A stretch of 64,000 nt of DNA from Acidobacteriota bacterium. Lineage in GTDB: Bacteria; Acidobacteriota; UBA890; WLXD01. Of the stretch, positions 44,419 through 54,475 are shown piece by piece. Where the stretch lies: contig CBDFKD010000002.1 in NCBI GenBank assembly GCA_965248695.1, positions 352,001-416,000 of the forward strand. Reading direction: 5' to 3'. The translations under genes and the position numbers were made by a program. Every line of letters begins with the position of its first letter. The first letter of the stretch is position 1. The notes under the pieces are model-generated. The model was given only the letters and a program-made list of their open reading frames with translations, was not told the DNA's origin and ran no database searches.

Positions 44419-47400
44419 CTACTGCGTCGTCAGTTGCCGTCCGGGAGTCCAGGACGCGCCGGCCGCGGCCAGGTCCGCCTCGAGTCGCGCCAGGTCCGCC
44501 TCGAGTAGCTCAGACAGGTCACGCACGAGGCCTTCGAAGCTCTCGGCAGCAAGCTCGAGGCTCCGCCGCTGCGTCGCTGTCGGCGTTTGACGCGTGTCCC
44601 AGTGCCCGCCGATCACCTGTCCTATGCGGCCGCGAATTGACGGCACCCTCGACTGGCTCAGCCGCTGGCGAGCGGGGTCGCCGGAAAGCCGCATCTGCAA
44701 GTCCAGGAGCCTCATCGCCAGCTGGTCCATTCTGGCGAACAGGCCGGGGTCCGCACGCGGCGTCTCGACGAGCGCCACCCGCATGTGGCGCAACCGCTCG
44801 TTGGCTCGGCGCATCTCGGCGCCGGCCCCGGCACTCCGTCGCATGAGGTCGTTTGCCTGGCGCTGGAACTCGGCGACGGCCACGAGATCTGTTTGCGGCA
44901 CGGTGTTCGGCACCGGACGGACATCGAAGGTGCGGCTCGAGCCCAGCGACTGCAGGCCATCGACGGAGACCATGAGCATCTCAACGCTGTACCGACCCGG
45001 CGGTGCCAGCGGCCCCCGGGGGGGACTGGCCCACGGCGGCGTGAACCCTGGCACGCGCAGCTCGATCGGATCCGGCGGCGGGCGCCGTAAGTCCCAGGTC
45101 AAGCGATGCACTCCCGGGCTCGTTGATCCCTCGATCCATCGAACTGCTTGTCCCCGCGCATCGCGCACCACCAACAACAACTTCGGGTCGCTCTCAACTG
45201 CCTCCAACCGCAAGCTCTCATAGCCCGGGAACGGGACGTCGTCGTCCCCTTCTCGCAGCTCACGCTCGGCTGCGCGGCGTGACTCGCGCTCGGTGATTGG
45301 CGCGTCCGCAAGAAAGTAGGTGAAGGTGGCGCCGAAGGGCGGGTTCGCGGCCACATAGGCGGTGCTGCCCTGGGTGGGGCGGCCGCGCGCCTGGCCGGGA
45401 ACCGACGGGATGTACCACCAGGCATCGCGCACTGGAAACACCCGACTGTCGCCGTCCAACGCCCCGGCGGCGATCTCGCGCAAAGGCGTGTAGTCGTCGA
45501 GCACGTAGAAGCCCCGGCCGAAGCTGGCGGCAACCAGGTCGTTGTCGCGCCGATGCAGCTTCAGATCCCGGAACGCGATCGTCGGCACGCCACGCGTTAG
45601 CTGTACCCAGTTGTCGCCACCGTTCAGGCTAGCGTGGATGCCGTACTCGGCAGCAATGAACAGCAGGTCAGGAACGACGTGGTCCTGCTGGATCGCCCAC
45701 ACGATCGTCTCGGCCGGGAGGTCGCCGACGATGAGCTGCCAGCTCTGCCCGCGATCTCGACTGACGAATATGTTGGGGCTGAAATCGCCCGTCTTGTGGG
45801 CGTCGGCGACTACGAAGACGACGTCCGCATCGTGCTGCGAGGCCTCGACATCGTTGATAAACGACAGCTCGGGCAGCTCGGGGAGAGTCGCCGCACGTCG
45901 CCAGCTCGCCCCGCCGTCCTCGCTCACCTGGATCAGGCCATCGTCGGTGCCGACGTAGAGCAGCCCTTCCACGACCGGTGATTCCGACACCGCGGTCAGG
46001 GTGGCGTACTTCGACATGGCGCCGTTGTCGTAGAGCGCATCGACGCTCCACACGCGGCCCATGAGCTCGAGCTCGTAACGATCTCGATCGCGTGTCAGGT
46101 CGCCGCTCACCGGCACCCACGAGTCGCCGCGGTCGTCGCTCCTCCAGAGCCGCTGCGAAGCGAAATACAATCGTTGCGGGTCGTGTGGGCTGATCAATAT
46201 CGGTGAGTCCCAGTTCCAGCGCTCGGGCGGGTCCCCGGCGTCGGGCAACGGCCGGATGCTGAGCGATTCGTCGCTGCGACGGTCTGTGCGCGACAGATTG
46301 CCCTCCTGAGTCATCAGGTAAAGCGTATCGGCGTCGTCCGGAGCGATCGCCACACCGTAGCCGTCTGCGCCCATCGGTACGTACCAGTCGCGGTTGCGCA
46401 CCCCCTCGACGTTCAGCGTGCGCGACGGCCCGTGCAATGTCCCCAGATCCTGGGCTCCGCCGAGGATGTCGTAGAAGGGCTCCGAGTTGCTCAGTGCGAG
46501 CTTGTAAAACTGCGAGATCGGCAAGTTGGGAAAGTGTCGCCAGGTCACCCCCTGGTCGAAGGTCTCGTACAGCCCGGCATCGGTACCGGCAAGCAGATGG
46601 CGACCGTCGTCGGGATCGATCCAGAGCGCGTGGTTGTCGCTGTGCTTCTCGCGTCCGGTGCCGAGATAATCGAAGCTGACGCCGGCATCCCGCGTCACCT
46701 GGATGAACACATCCATCTGGTAGACCAGCCGCGGGTCCTGCGGCGACGCCTCGATCTCCTGGTAGTAGTGCGGGCCCGTGCCGCCGGAGATGTAGGTACT
46801 GCGACGCTCCCAACTCTCTCCTCGGTCGGCCGATCGGTAGAACCCGCGCGCCTCCGCGTCCGCCTCGATCGTGGCGTACACGAGGTCGGGGTCGGCCGCG
46901 GTCACCGCAAGACCGATTTTCCCCACGTCGCCCCGAGGCAGCCCTTCGGTGACCTGTCTCCAGGTATCGCCCGCATCAGTCGACTTGTAGATCCCGGAGC
47001 TCGGACCGCCACCGAGAAACGCCCAGATATGACGCCGACGCTGATAGGCCGCCGCATAGACGATGTCGGGGTTCGATGGGTCGTACTCCAGGTCGGTGAC
47101 GCCGGTGTTCTCGTCGATCTCGAGAACGGCGCTCCAGGTATCGCCACCATCGACCGTCTTGTAGACGCCGCGTTCGCCGCCAGCCGACCACAACGGACCC
47201 TCCGCTGCCACCAGGACGACATCGCCGTCTCGTGGGTCGACGAGAATCTTGCCGATGTGCTCCGATGTCTCCAGCCCCATCCGCTGCCACGAGGCGCCAC
47301 CATCGCGGCTCCGGTAGACGCCGTCGCCCCAGCCGACGTGGCGTCCGCTGACGTTTTCTCCAGTCCCCACCCAGACTGTCGCCGGATTGCGCGGGTCGAG

Positions 47401-47706
47401 AGTGACGACCCCGATGGAGTAGGAGCGCTGGTCGTCGAACACCGGATCCCAAGTAATGCCCGCGTTGGTGGTCTTCCACAGGCCGCCGGAGCCGACGGCG
47501 ACATACCAGGTGCTGCGATCGTCCGGATGGACGGCGATGTCAGCGATGCGCCCGCCCATGAGTGCCGGGCCGATGCCGCGGAGCCGCAAGCTACCAACGG
47601 CGTCTGCGATTACGTCTTCATCGCCGGACTGCGCCGCTGCGCTCGAGTGCGACAGCAAAGCAATGAGAAACAACGCGAGCGTGCGACGGAATCCGAGTGT
47701 CGACAT
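44419..47706 (-). CDS. Exported VPS10/sortilin-like BNR-repeat protein (putative glycosyl hydrolase)
   Basis: Signal peptide, LRGIGPALMGGRIADI, many (S/T)xDxGxxW Asp-boxes. Confidence 0.9.
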   Translation of the reverse strand: MSTLGFRRTLALFLIALLSHSSAAAQSGDEDVIADAVGSLRLRGIGPALMGGRIADIAVHPDDRSTWYVAVGSGGLWKTTNAGITWDPVFDDQRSYSIGVVTLDPRNPATVWVGTGENVSGRHVGWGDGVYRSRDGGASWQRMGLETSEHIGKILVDPRDGDVVLVAAEGPLWSAGGERGVYKTVDGGDTWSAVLEIDENTGVTDLEYDPSNPDIVYAAAYQRRRHIWAFLGGGPSSGIYKSTDAGDTWRQVTEGLPRGDVGKIGLAVTAADPDLVYATIEADAEARGFYRSADRGESWERRSTYISGGTGPHYYQEIEASPQDPRLVYQMDVFIQVTRDAGVSFDYLGTGREKHSDNHALWIDPDDGRHLLAGTDAGLYETFDQGVTWRHFPNLPISQFYKLALSNSEPFYDILGGAQDLGTLHGPSRTLNVEGVRNRDWYVPMGADGYGVAIAPDDADTLYLMTQEGNLSRTDRRSDESLSIRPLPDAGDPPERWNWDSPILISPHDPQRLYFASQRLWRSDDRGDSWVPVSGDLTRDRDRYELELMGRVWSVDALYDNGAMSKYATLTAVSESPVVEGLLYVGTDDGLIQVSEDGGASWRRAATLPELPELSFINDVEASQHDADVVFVVADAHKTGDFSPNIFVSRDRGQSWQLIVGDLPAETIVWAIQQDHVVPDLLFIAAEYGIHASLNGGDNWVQLTRGVPTIAFRDLKLHRRDNDLVAASFGRGFYVLDDYTPLREIAAGALDGDSRVFPVRDAWWYIPSVPGQARGRPTQGSTAYVAANPPFGATFTYFLADAPITERESRRAAERELREGDDDVPFPGYESLRLEAVESDPKLLLVVRDARGQAVRWIEGSTSPGVHRLTWDLRRPPPDPIELRVPGFTPPWASPPRGPLAPPGRYSVEMLMVSVDGLQSLGSSRTFDVRPVPNTVPQTDLVAVAEFQRQANDLMRRSAGAGAEMRRANERLRHMRVALVETPRADPGLFARMDQLAMRLLDLQMRLSGDPARQRLSQSRVPSIRGRIGQVIGGHWDTRQTPTATQRRSLELAAESFEGLVRDLSELLEADLARLEADLAAAGASWTPGRQLTTQ

Positions 47707-47756
47707 GGCCGGTCCTGTTGCCCGTCGCCTGACCAGGCGGCGGTTGACTTGCAAGT

Positions 47757-48359
47757 CTACGATCCCACTCTCGCGTACGGGAGGTACTTGCCGGTGCGAT
47801 CGCGATAGGTTCGATAGGCATCACCGAACCGTTCGATCAGCTTCTCTTCCTCGATGCTCGTACGCCGGACGATCAGGCCGAACGCCAGCGCCCCGGTCAG
47901 AGCCAGAAACCAGTTCGCCGTGACCAGCGAGTTGGCCAGTACGGTCAGCGCGAAAGCCAAATAGAACGGGTGCCGCACCCACCGATAGGGGCCCGTTGTG
48001 ACGAGCTCGTGCTGCGCCCGAGTCACCACCGTATCGGTGATGTTGTTCCCCAGGGAACGGAACACCCAGACCAGCAGCGCCCCGGCGCAAACGCCGATAC
48101 CTACGCCCAGCCAGCGAACCGAAGTTGGAATATCCACCTGCGACCACTCCATCCAGGCCGGGTCGACCAGGTAGGCGATGAGCCCGGCGAACCCGATCAG
48201 CCCGAGCGGTCGCAGGGTGGCAAGGATGAAGAGTCCTTCCTGGCGCCGATCGAGACGTTCTCCGGTCGCCTGGGACTTGAGACGATGGTAGATCCCAATC
48301 GGAAAGATGACTCCGAGCCCGATGATCAAGACGATACGAAAGATCTGATCGTCGCTCAT
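47757..48359 (-). CDS. Isoprenylcysteine carboxyl methyltransferase / PEMT family membrane protein
   Basis: LVTTGPYRWVRHPFY, EEEKLIERFGDAY. Confidence 0.9.
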   Translation of the reverse strand: MSDDQIFRIVLIIGLGVIFPIGIYHRLKSQATGERLDRRQEGLFILATLRPLGLIGFAGLIAYLVDPAWMEWSQVDIPTSVRWLGVGIGVCAGALLVWVFRSLGNNITDTVVTRAQHELVTTGPYRWVRHPFYLAFALTVLANSLVTANWFLALTGALAFGLIVRRTSIEEEKLIERFGDAYRTYRDRTGKYLPYARVGS

Positions 48360-48371
48360 GCTGACTCGTCC

Positions 48372-49010
48372 CTACAGGGCTTGCTGACGCTGTTGGCCTG
48401 TAACAGCATCTCCCGTCGGCAGAGCCGTCCCGGTTACCGCTCCGTACACTAGACCAGCGACCCCGAAAAAAACGGCCAAGCCCAGTGGTTCACCGAGCTC
48501 TCCGGTTACCAGGCTCGATACCCCGAAGCCCACCAGCAGACCCGCCGCAACACCGACTGCGCTGACACCCGTCCAGTTCGCCGAAGGTTCTCCGAGCTTC
48601 CGGAGGAAAATCGCCTGGCTGAACCCCACCGCACCACCTCCCACCAGCCCGAGCACCGCCAGCGCAACGACCAACCCGTACGTTCCCGTGGTCGTCATCC
48701 TCACCGGGGATCCCGTCAGCCACCCGCCGCCTTTTTCCACCAGCACCAAGGCAAACGTGAACCCTATGGCGGAGCCGAAGGCGGTATGCGCCACCCAGCT
48801 CCCCGCCGCGGCGAAATTTCGACAGACAACGGCCCACTGTGCCGTTCCGAGCAACGCACCGGCCAAGCCGGTCATCAGCGGAGTGACGAGCATCCCGCCG
48901 ACCAGAACCTCGAGCGGCGCTCCGAGCGCCAGGCCTGCCGGGATCCCGACTCCGAGGCCGAGCGCGCTAGCGAGGATCCAATCTCGCCGACTCCATTGAC
49001 TGGTATGCAT
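48372..49010 (-). CDS. Hypothetical Gly/Leu-rich multi-pass membrane protein
   Basis: About six hydrophobic helices, repeated G..Q motif (LLGTAQW; AVGFSQA); GGAGG before ATG 49010. Confidence 0.7.
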   Translation of the reverse strand: MHTSQWSRRDWILASALGLGVGIPAGLALGAPLEVLVGGMLVTPLMTGLAGALLGTAQWAVVCRNFAAAGSWVAHTAFGSAIGFTFALVLVEKGGGWLTGSPVRMTTTGTYGLVVALAVLGLVGGGAVGFSQAIFLRKLGEPSANWTGVSAVGVAAGLLVGFGVSSLVTGELGEPLGLAVFFGVAGLVYGAVTGTALPTGDAVTGQQRQQAL

Positions 49011-49047
49011 TGCCAACCTCCCGTAGCAGCCGGAGCGTTGCGCTACT

Positions 49048-49101
49048 CTAGCGGCCTGCAGCAGGTATTCGCTACGGCGTCGCGGCTTCCAGGCCCGCTA
49101 G
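49048..49101. repeat. 54-bp CTAG-bounded inverted-repeat element
   Basis: ctagcggcctg (49048-58) and caggcccgctag (49090-101), complementary apart from one indel; intergenic. Confidence 0.5.
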
Positions 49102-49139
49102 GATCCACTAGCAGCAGCCAAGCGAACAGCCCGAAGGCG

Positions 49140-49412
49140 TCACCGGCGCGGCGCGATGATCTCGGCGGCCTCGGAAGAGGTGACCACCGGCACGATCTCG
49201 AAGTCCACCAGGTCCGTCCACTGTGTCGCCCACTCATCCAGGAGCGCGCGATCGTCGCATTCCATGACCTGAAAACACCGTTTCATGTCGGCAGTGACCC
49301 AGCTCGCGACGTAGGTAAGCCCGTCGGGGAAACCGCGGCCGTGCTCGCCAAGTCGCCTGTAGACCGGCGCTGCGTCGCCGTCGCGGAACGTCTCGATGAT
49401 CATGTAGAGCAC
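49140..49412 (-). CDS. DUF3303-like small protein
   Basis: LYMIIETF, GRGFPDGL, SWV, RCFQVMEC, WTDLVDFEIVPV. Confidence 0.82.
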   Translation of the reverse strand: MLYMIIETFRDGDAAPVYRRLGEHGRGFPDGLTYVASWVTADMKRCFQVMECDDRALLDEWATQWTDLVDFEIVPVVTSSEAAEIIAPRR

Positions 49413-49497
49413 AGAGCGCCCTCCTGGCGGGGTGCGGAGAAACTACGCAGCTATTCGGCTGTCTTCCCAGCTCAGCACAGCGCAGCTGTCGTCGTAC

Positions 49498-49965
49498 TCA
49501 TAGCGCGAATCCCATGACGTATAGCGCCGTGCCGGTAGCGGATGTCAGACAAACCCCAATGAACGTCCACCTCCCCCAGGCCTTGTGCCCCGCGCTGAAG
49601 ACACCTGGAAGAGTCGTATCGAACTCCGACCAAGATCGTTTCACGAGCCATGTCCAGCTCGCCAACGACGGAATGGCGATCGTGAGATGCACTAGAAACG
49701 TGGTGATCAGCACAGCCGTGCCATCGAGGCTACTTTGACGAACCGCGGCGGTCACGCCTCCGAACCGGATATGGAGCTCGAGCACCACGACTGCGCCCAG
49801 CATCACCATCAGCAGGGCGAGCTGGAGCTTCCTGTGCGCCAAGAATCGTCCGTCGGCGGCTAGGCGAATCGCATACAGAATGCCGATTGGCACCGCGACA
49901 AACACCAGCAGCACGCTGTCGAGGAGCAGGTCCGCCCGCGTTCCGAGAAACCCGGGGCCCGTCAC
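49498..49965 (-). CDS. DUF420-family membrane protein
   Basis: GFLGTRA, HRKLQ, FLVHL, HKAWG, TGTALY; four TM helices. Confidence 0.8.
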   Translation of the reverse strand: MTGPGFLGTRADLLLDSVLLVFVAVPIGILYAIRLAADGRFLAHRKLQLALLMVMLGAVVVLELHIRFGGVTAAVRQSSLDGTAVLITTFLVHLTIAIPSLASWTWLVKRSWSEFDTTLPGVFSAGHKAWGRWTFIGVCLTSATGTALYVMGFAL

Positions 49966-50014
49966 GTCGCAAACCTCGTGTCGAGCCCGAACTCCGTCTG
50001 CTCCCCTACGGTCA

Positions 50015-50725
50015 TCAACTCACCAGGGTGAACTCGGGCAGCGGCACGACGGCGCCGCCGCTATCCGCCGACTCGTGGGCGCAGATGCCCACGCAGGTCC
50101 AGTTAGCGCTGGTGACTGCATTCGGCCACGGATCGCGGTCCTCGTGCAGCGCCGAGACGAACTCGTGCGCCAGGTGCGGGTGTGAGCCGCCGTGGCCGGC
50201 GCCCTGGATGAACGACAGATGCTCGGCGTCCTGGATGGCCTGGGTGAAGCCGCGGATCTCCTCGGGCAGCAACTGCGCGAAGTCCGGCACCTCGACAGGG
50301 TCAGTGATCTCGGACTCCGGTCGCTTCGCCGTGTGCAGCACGTGTGATTCGCCCTCCACGAGAGCCCACTCGAACGACTTCTTGGAGCCGTAAACATCGA
50401 ACGACTCCCGATACTGCCGCGCCGTGTCGAATAGACAGCGCCAGACATGGGCGGCGATATCGGAGTCCTTGATCTTGATATGGCACGACTCCACGGCGTA
50501 GGGGTTGCCAGACTTGTCGGCAAGTCGCGGCGCGATAGTCCCCGAGCCGACGCACGAGACATACTCGGCGCGCCCATCGACCAGGCCGAGAACCGGCGAC
50601 ACCACGTGGGTGGCGTAGTGCATCGGAATCATGCGCTCCCAGTACTCGGGCCAGCCTTCCATGTCTTGCGGATGGGACGCCTGCATGTACTGGATCTTGC
50701 CGAGCTCGCCAGCCACGTACATCTG
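50015..50725 (-). pseudogene. 5'-truncated Gfo/Idh/MocA-family oxidoreductase (C-terminal half only)
   Basis: Begins mid-protein at GELGKIQY..HPQDMEGWP..PMHYATH and ends GHGGSHPHL..SANWTCVG; no Rossmann N-domain; in-frame TAG at 50734-50732 just upstream. Confidence 0.75.
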
Positions 50726-53700
50726 GTGGCTCTAGCCGCCACCACCACTGAGTCGGCAGCGGCCGTTGGCGCGGCCAGACCTCAGTTAGGGTCTCGGCTT
50801 CGTAGAGACGGCCATTCTTCATCACGTAGCGGATCGAAGTGCTGTTCTGCAGGTCCTCCAGCGGATTGAAGTCGAGTACCTGGAGATCGGCCAGCTTGCC
50901 GGCCTCCAGCGAACCGATATCTCCGGCCAGGCCGATGGCGTCGGCGCTGTCGAGCGTCGCCATGCGCAGAGCGTCGTGGTTGTCCATGCCACCGGAGGCC
51001 ATCATCCATAGTTCCCAGTGCGTCCCGAGGCCCTGGACCTCGCCGTGGGAGCCGAGCCCTGCCTTGCCGCCGGCCTCGACCCATTTGGCCAGTTGCTCGG
51101 CGTGCAACGGGTGCACGTATTGATCGTCACGGTAGAAGCGGGCGCTCTTCCACTTGTCGAGCTCATCGTGCGGTGTGAAGAACTTCAGCCGCTCGACCTG
51201 ATCGACGTCGGTATGGGTGAGGTAGTACTCACGCCCCGATGGACCGCCGTAGGCAACGATGAAGGTCGGCGTGTAGGTCAGGCCACTGAAGCTGCCCAGC
51301 TCGGTGACATCGCGGAAGAACGGGCTGATGGGCAACGAATGTTCCAGCCCCGCGTATCCGTCCTGCATGAGCGTCAGGTTCATGGTGAAGTTCGAGCCGC
51401 CCTCGGTGGTGGGGGTCAGCTCCAGCTCACGGGCCGCCATGATCACCCACTGGCGCACCTTCCGATCGCCGGCCATGTACTGCTTGATGGTCTGAGTATT
51501 GAAGTGATCGGAGTAGCGACGCAGCACGTCGCGAGCCTCGTCGAGGCTGCTGATGTCGTCGCTCCAGAAGACCCCGGGGCCGGTGGAATAGATACGCGGG
51601 CCGATGAGCTCACCGACCTCCATCAGATCGCCATAGGTAACGACGTCAGCCGACGAGGTTTGCGGGTCGCGCTGCGTCGTCACGCCGTAGGCCAGCTGCG
51701 CCAGGAACTGGGACACCTGCCCCCGGTGGAGCCCCCACGCAACCCAGGTATGAGCATGGATATCGACCAGTCCCGGAAGGATTGTCTTGCCGGACATGTC
51801 ACGCACGTCGGCGTCGGCCGGGTACTCCACGGCGCCGGACGGGCCGACAGCAACGATGCGATTGTCGGTAACCACGATGTCGCCGGATTCGATGACCTCG
51901 TCGCCGCGCATGGTGATGAGGCGGGCGCCACTGAGCACTACGGTCCCCCGCGGCTTGTCCTTGGCGACGCGGATCTCGACATCGACCCGGTGCGCCTCGT
52001 ACTCCGGGCGATCGTCGTCGCCGTCTTCCTCCTCGGCGTCGTCGGCGTCCGCCCCGGTCGATTCATCGCCCACCGAGCCAGGATCCCCGCCGGCGCCCGG
52101 ATCTTCGTCCGAGTCGTCGTCGGCGTCCGGCGCCGCGTCGTTCTCCCCTGGCGGCTCTTCCGTCGCCTCGCCCTCGTCCGCTTCCGCCGCCTCCTTCTCC
52201 GCCAGCTCGGCGGCCTCGGCCACCGCCTCCGACATGGCCAGGTCGTAGCGGAAGAAGCTACGCCCGATCGAGTAGTAGGCCACCGCCCCGTCCTTGCTCC
52301 AGCCGACGAAATCCCCGCCAATCCGGGTCAACCGCCAGGTCGGCACAACCGAGGATTCCGCCACGGAAACCGACGGCGCCTCGCCGCCCACCGGCGGCAC
52401 GGTGATCATGTGCACGTTGCGGTTCACGCGCACCAGCGCGCGCTTGCCGTCCGGTGCGATCAGCACCTCGTCGGGCGTTGGGGCACCACCACGGGGTCCG
52501 CCCGGCGAAGGCGCCGTCACCTTGACGATCGTCTTGACGTCGGTGCCGTCGTAGCGCATCGACAGCAGGCCCTCGGAGCCGGCCCAGACGTACACGCGAT
52601 CCGGATCGGGGCCGGTATGCGGGGCGTTGCGGCCCTGTTGGGTAGCACCAGTGCCCACCCAGGTGATGCGCGTCGGCTCGCCACCGCCTGAGGGAAGCCA
52701 GACGTACTCGAGCTCCGCGGCGCCGCCGTGACCGCCGAAGTCCTCCAGTATGCGCATACGGTGCATCTTGGAGCCGCGTACGGCCAGCAGCCGCTCGCCG
52801 TCGCGCGAGTAGCTCACCTTGTCGAAGAAGGCCGACGTCGGCGTGAGCCGCTGCGGGCTGCCGGAGCCGTCGGCACGAACACGGTAGATATTGCCGCCGT
52901 CCGTGTCGTTCCAGGTGACGTAGGCGATGTACTGCCCATCCGGCGACCACGCCGGCGCGTGCTCCACGTCGCTCGAGGAGGTCAACCGCACCGCTTCGGT
53001 GATGGTCGGATGATCCGGTGCGACTCCCGCGTCGTCATCCTGGGCGGCGGTGGTCATCACAACTTCGGGATCGCTTGGACGTTGCGGTAGATCACCGACC
53101 CACAGGCGGTCGAGCGCCGCGAACACCACCCGCGTCTCGTCCGGCGACGGCCTCGCACCGCGGATCTGCGACACCGTCAGCGTCTCATCGTCGATCGGAT
53201 AGTCGAACTTCACCAAGGGTCCGAGCTCCTGGCTCACCTCGGCGGTGAACGGAACCGGCGTCACCTCGCCCGACGGCACCTCGACGCGCCAGATCTTGCC
53301 GTCGAAGCTGGTGATCAGCGCGCTGGAGTCCGACGTGAACGCGGAGCCCGGGTACACGTCGCGGTCGCGCGTGCCACCGCCCTGGCTATCGTCGCGCTGC
53401 ACGTCCATCAGCAGCCAGCGGTCCTCTCCGGTCGACAGGTCGCGCAACTTCAGCGCCTCGCGCGCGTCGTGGCGGGTGGCGTATACGAGCCAGCGGCCGT
53501 CGGGGCTGGCGACCGGACGAAAGGCACCCTCGAGCTCGTGGGTGCGAACGTGGATCCGTCCCGTCTCGCGGTCGAGCTGGGCAATCTGGTACGGCCCCAC
53601 GAGGCGGGCAGAGCTGCGATCGCCGTGATCGGGGCCGAACTCCGGCTGCCCGATCTCCGGTGCCCCGCTTTGGTTCGTGGTCGCGAACCCGCCGCCGAGA

Positions 53701-54338
53701 CTGCCGCGCAGGTTCACCCACAGGAAGCGCGGATCGTTCGACGGTGCGGCGCCGAAGTGGGCCCGCTGCGAGCCGGCGTCCTCGTCGGTGCCCGTGATCT
53801 GCAGCCCTGAGCCCCCGTCGACGTGGTAGATCCACAGCTGCGGGCCCTTGGACGCGATCACATAGTCACCGTCCGGCGACCAGATCGGCGACAGGTAGCT
53901 TTCCTTCTCGCCCGAGGTCAGAGCCTCGGCCTGGCTGCCGTCCGACTGGGCGATCCAGAGGTTCTCGGAGCCATTGCGGTCGCTCACGAAGACCAGCTGT
54001 GAGCCGTCGGGCGAGAACCGCGGCTGCATGTCGTACGCCTGGCCACTGGTAATCCGCGTTGCCGCCCCGCCCTCCACCGGAAGCGTGTACAGATCTCCCA
54101 GTAGCTCGAACACGATCGTGCTGCCATCCGGCGACAGGTCAAGCGAGATCCAGGTGCCCTCATCGGTGGTGAACTCGAGGGTGCGGGTGGTGATCAGCGG
54201 GAGCCCCTCCGAGTCCTTGGCTGTCGAGGCAGACTCGTCGTTCTCGGCGGGCGTCTGGGCGATGACCGGTAACGACAGAGCCAAGAACAACGTAAGCGTC
54301 GAGACGACTCCACGGCGGCGCAATGACGAGCTTTTCAT
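50301..54338 (-). CDS. Exported PD40/TolB-repeat amidohydrolase; the last ~140 codons (below ~50726) are probably spurious read-through
   Basis: GGAG then ATG 54338; TDEGTWISLDLSPDG, multiple SPDG repeats; PGLVDIHAH, GSHG, IGSLEAGKLADL, YVMKNGRLY. Confidence 0.85.
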   Translation of the reverse strand: MKSSSLRRRGVVSTLTLFLALSLPVIAQTPAENDESASTAKDSEGLPLITTRTLEFTTDEGTWISLDLSPDGSTIVFELLGDLYTLPVEGGAATRITSGQAYDMQPRFSPDGSQLVFVSDRNGSENLWIAQSDGSQAEALTSGEKESYLSPIWSPDGDYVIASKGPQLWIYHVDGGSGLQITGTDEDAGSQRAHFGAAPSNDPRFLWVNLRGSLGGGFATTNQSGAPEIGQPEFGPDHGDRSSARLVGPYQIAQLDRETGRIHVRTHELEGAFRPVASPDGRWLVYATRHDAREALKLRDLSTGEDRWLLMDVQRDDSQGGGTRDRDVYPGSAFTSDSSALITSFDGKIWRVEVPSGEVTPVPFTAEVSQELGPLVKFDYPIDDETLTVSQIRGARPSPDETRVVFAALDRLWVGDLPQRPSDPEVVMTTAAQDDDAGVAPDHPTITEAVRLTSSSDVEHAPAWSPDGQYIAYVTWNDTDGGNIYRVRADGSGSPQRLTPTSAFFDKVSYSRDGERLLAVRGSKMHRMRILEDFGGHGGAAELEYVWLPSGGGEPTRITWVGTGATQQGRNAPHTGPDPDRVYVWAGSEGLLSMRYDGTDVKTIVKVTAPSPGGPRGGAPTPDEVLIAPDGKRALVRVNRNVHMITVPPVGGEAPSVSVAESSVVPTWRLTRIGGDFVGWSKDGAVAYYSIGRSFFRYDLAMSEAVAEAAELAEKEAAEADEGEATEEPPGENDAAPDADDDSDEDPGAGGDPGSVGDESTGADADDAEEEDGDDDRPEYEAHRVDVEIRVAKDKPRGTVVLSGARLITMRGDEVIESGDIVVTDNRIVAVGPSGAVEYPADADVRDMSGKTILPGLVDIHAHTWVAWGLHRGQVSQFLAQLAYGVTTQRDPQTSSADVVTYGDLMEVGELIGPRIYSTGPGVFWSDDISSLDEARDVLRRYSDHFNTQTIKQYMAGDRKVRQWVIMAARELELTPTTEGGSNFTMNLTLMQDGYAGLEHSLPISPFFRDVTELGSFSGLTYTPTFIVAYGGPSGREYYLTHTDVDQVERLKFFTPHDELDKWKSARFYRDDQYVHPLHAEQLAKWVEAGGKAGLGSHGEVQGLGTHWELWMMASGGMDNHDALRMATLDSADAIGLAGDIGSLEAGKLADLQVLDFNPLEDLQNSTSIRYVMKNGRLYEAETLTEVWPRQRPLPTQWWWRLEPPDVRGWRARQDPVHAGVPSARHGRLARVLGAHDSDALRHPRGVAGSRPGRWARRVCLVRRLGDYRAATCRQVWQPLRRGVVPYQDQGLRYRRPCLALSIRHGAAVSGVVRCLRLQEVVRVGSRGGRITRAAHGEATGVRDH

Positions 54339-54475
54339 CGGTCTCCTGCAGGCTGGGGCGAGCCATGACAAACGTTGCCCCGCGCGAGTGGCAGGGGTAC
54401 GCTGCGTCGGCAACGGATCGGCTCACCAGGCTCTGAATCGCGCAGCCGAGTCTACATCGGGCGGAACGCTTCCCC

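Noticed and set aside
44468-44506. 18-bp direct repeat with 21-bp period (gccaggtccgcctcgagt)
   Set aside because: In-frame heptad duplication (LEADLAR/LEADLAA) within a coiled-coil tail; no sign of a separate function.
52000-52230. Acidic low-complexity stretch in the amidohydrolase, and Gln/Gly runs near 24240-24320 and 25680-25705
   Set aside because: In-frame flexible linkers without nucleotide-level periodicity suggesting a separate element.
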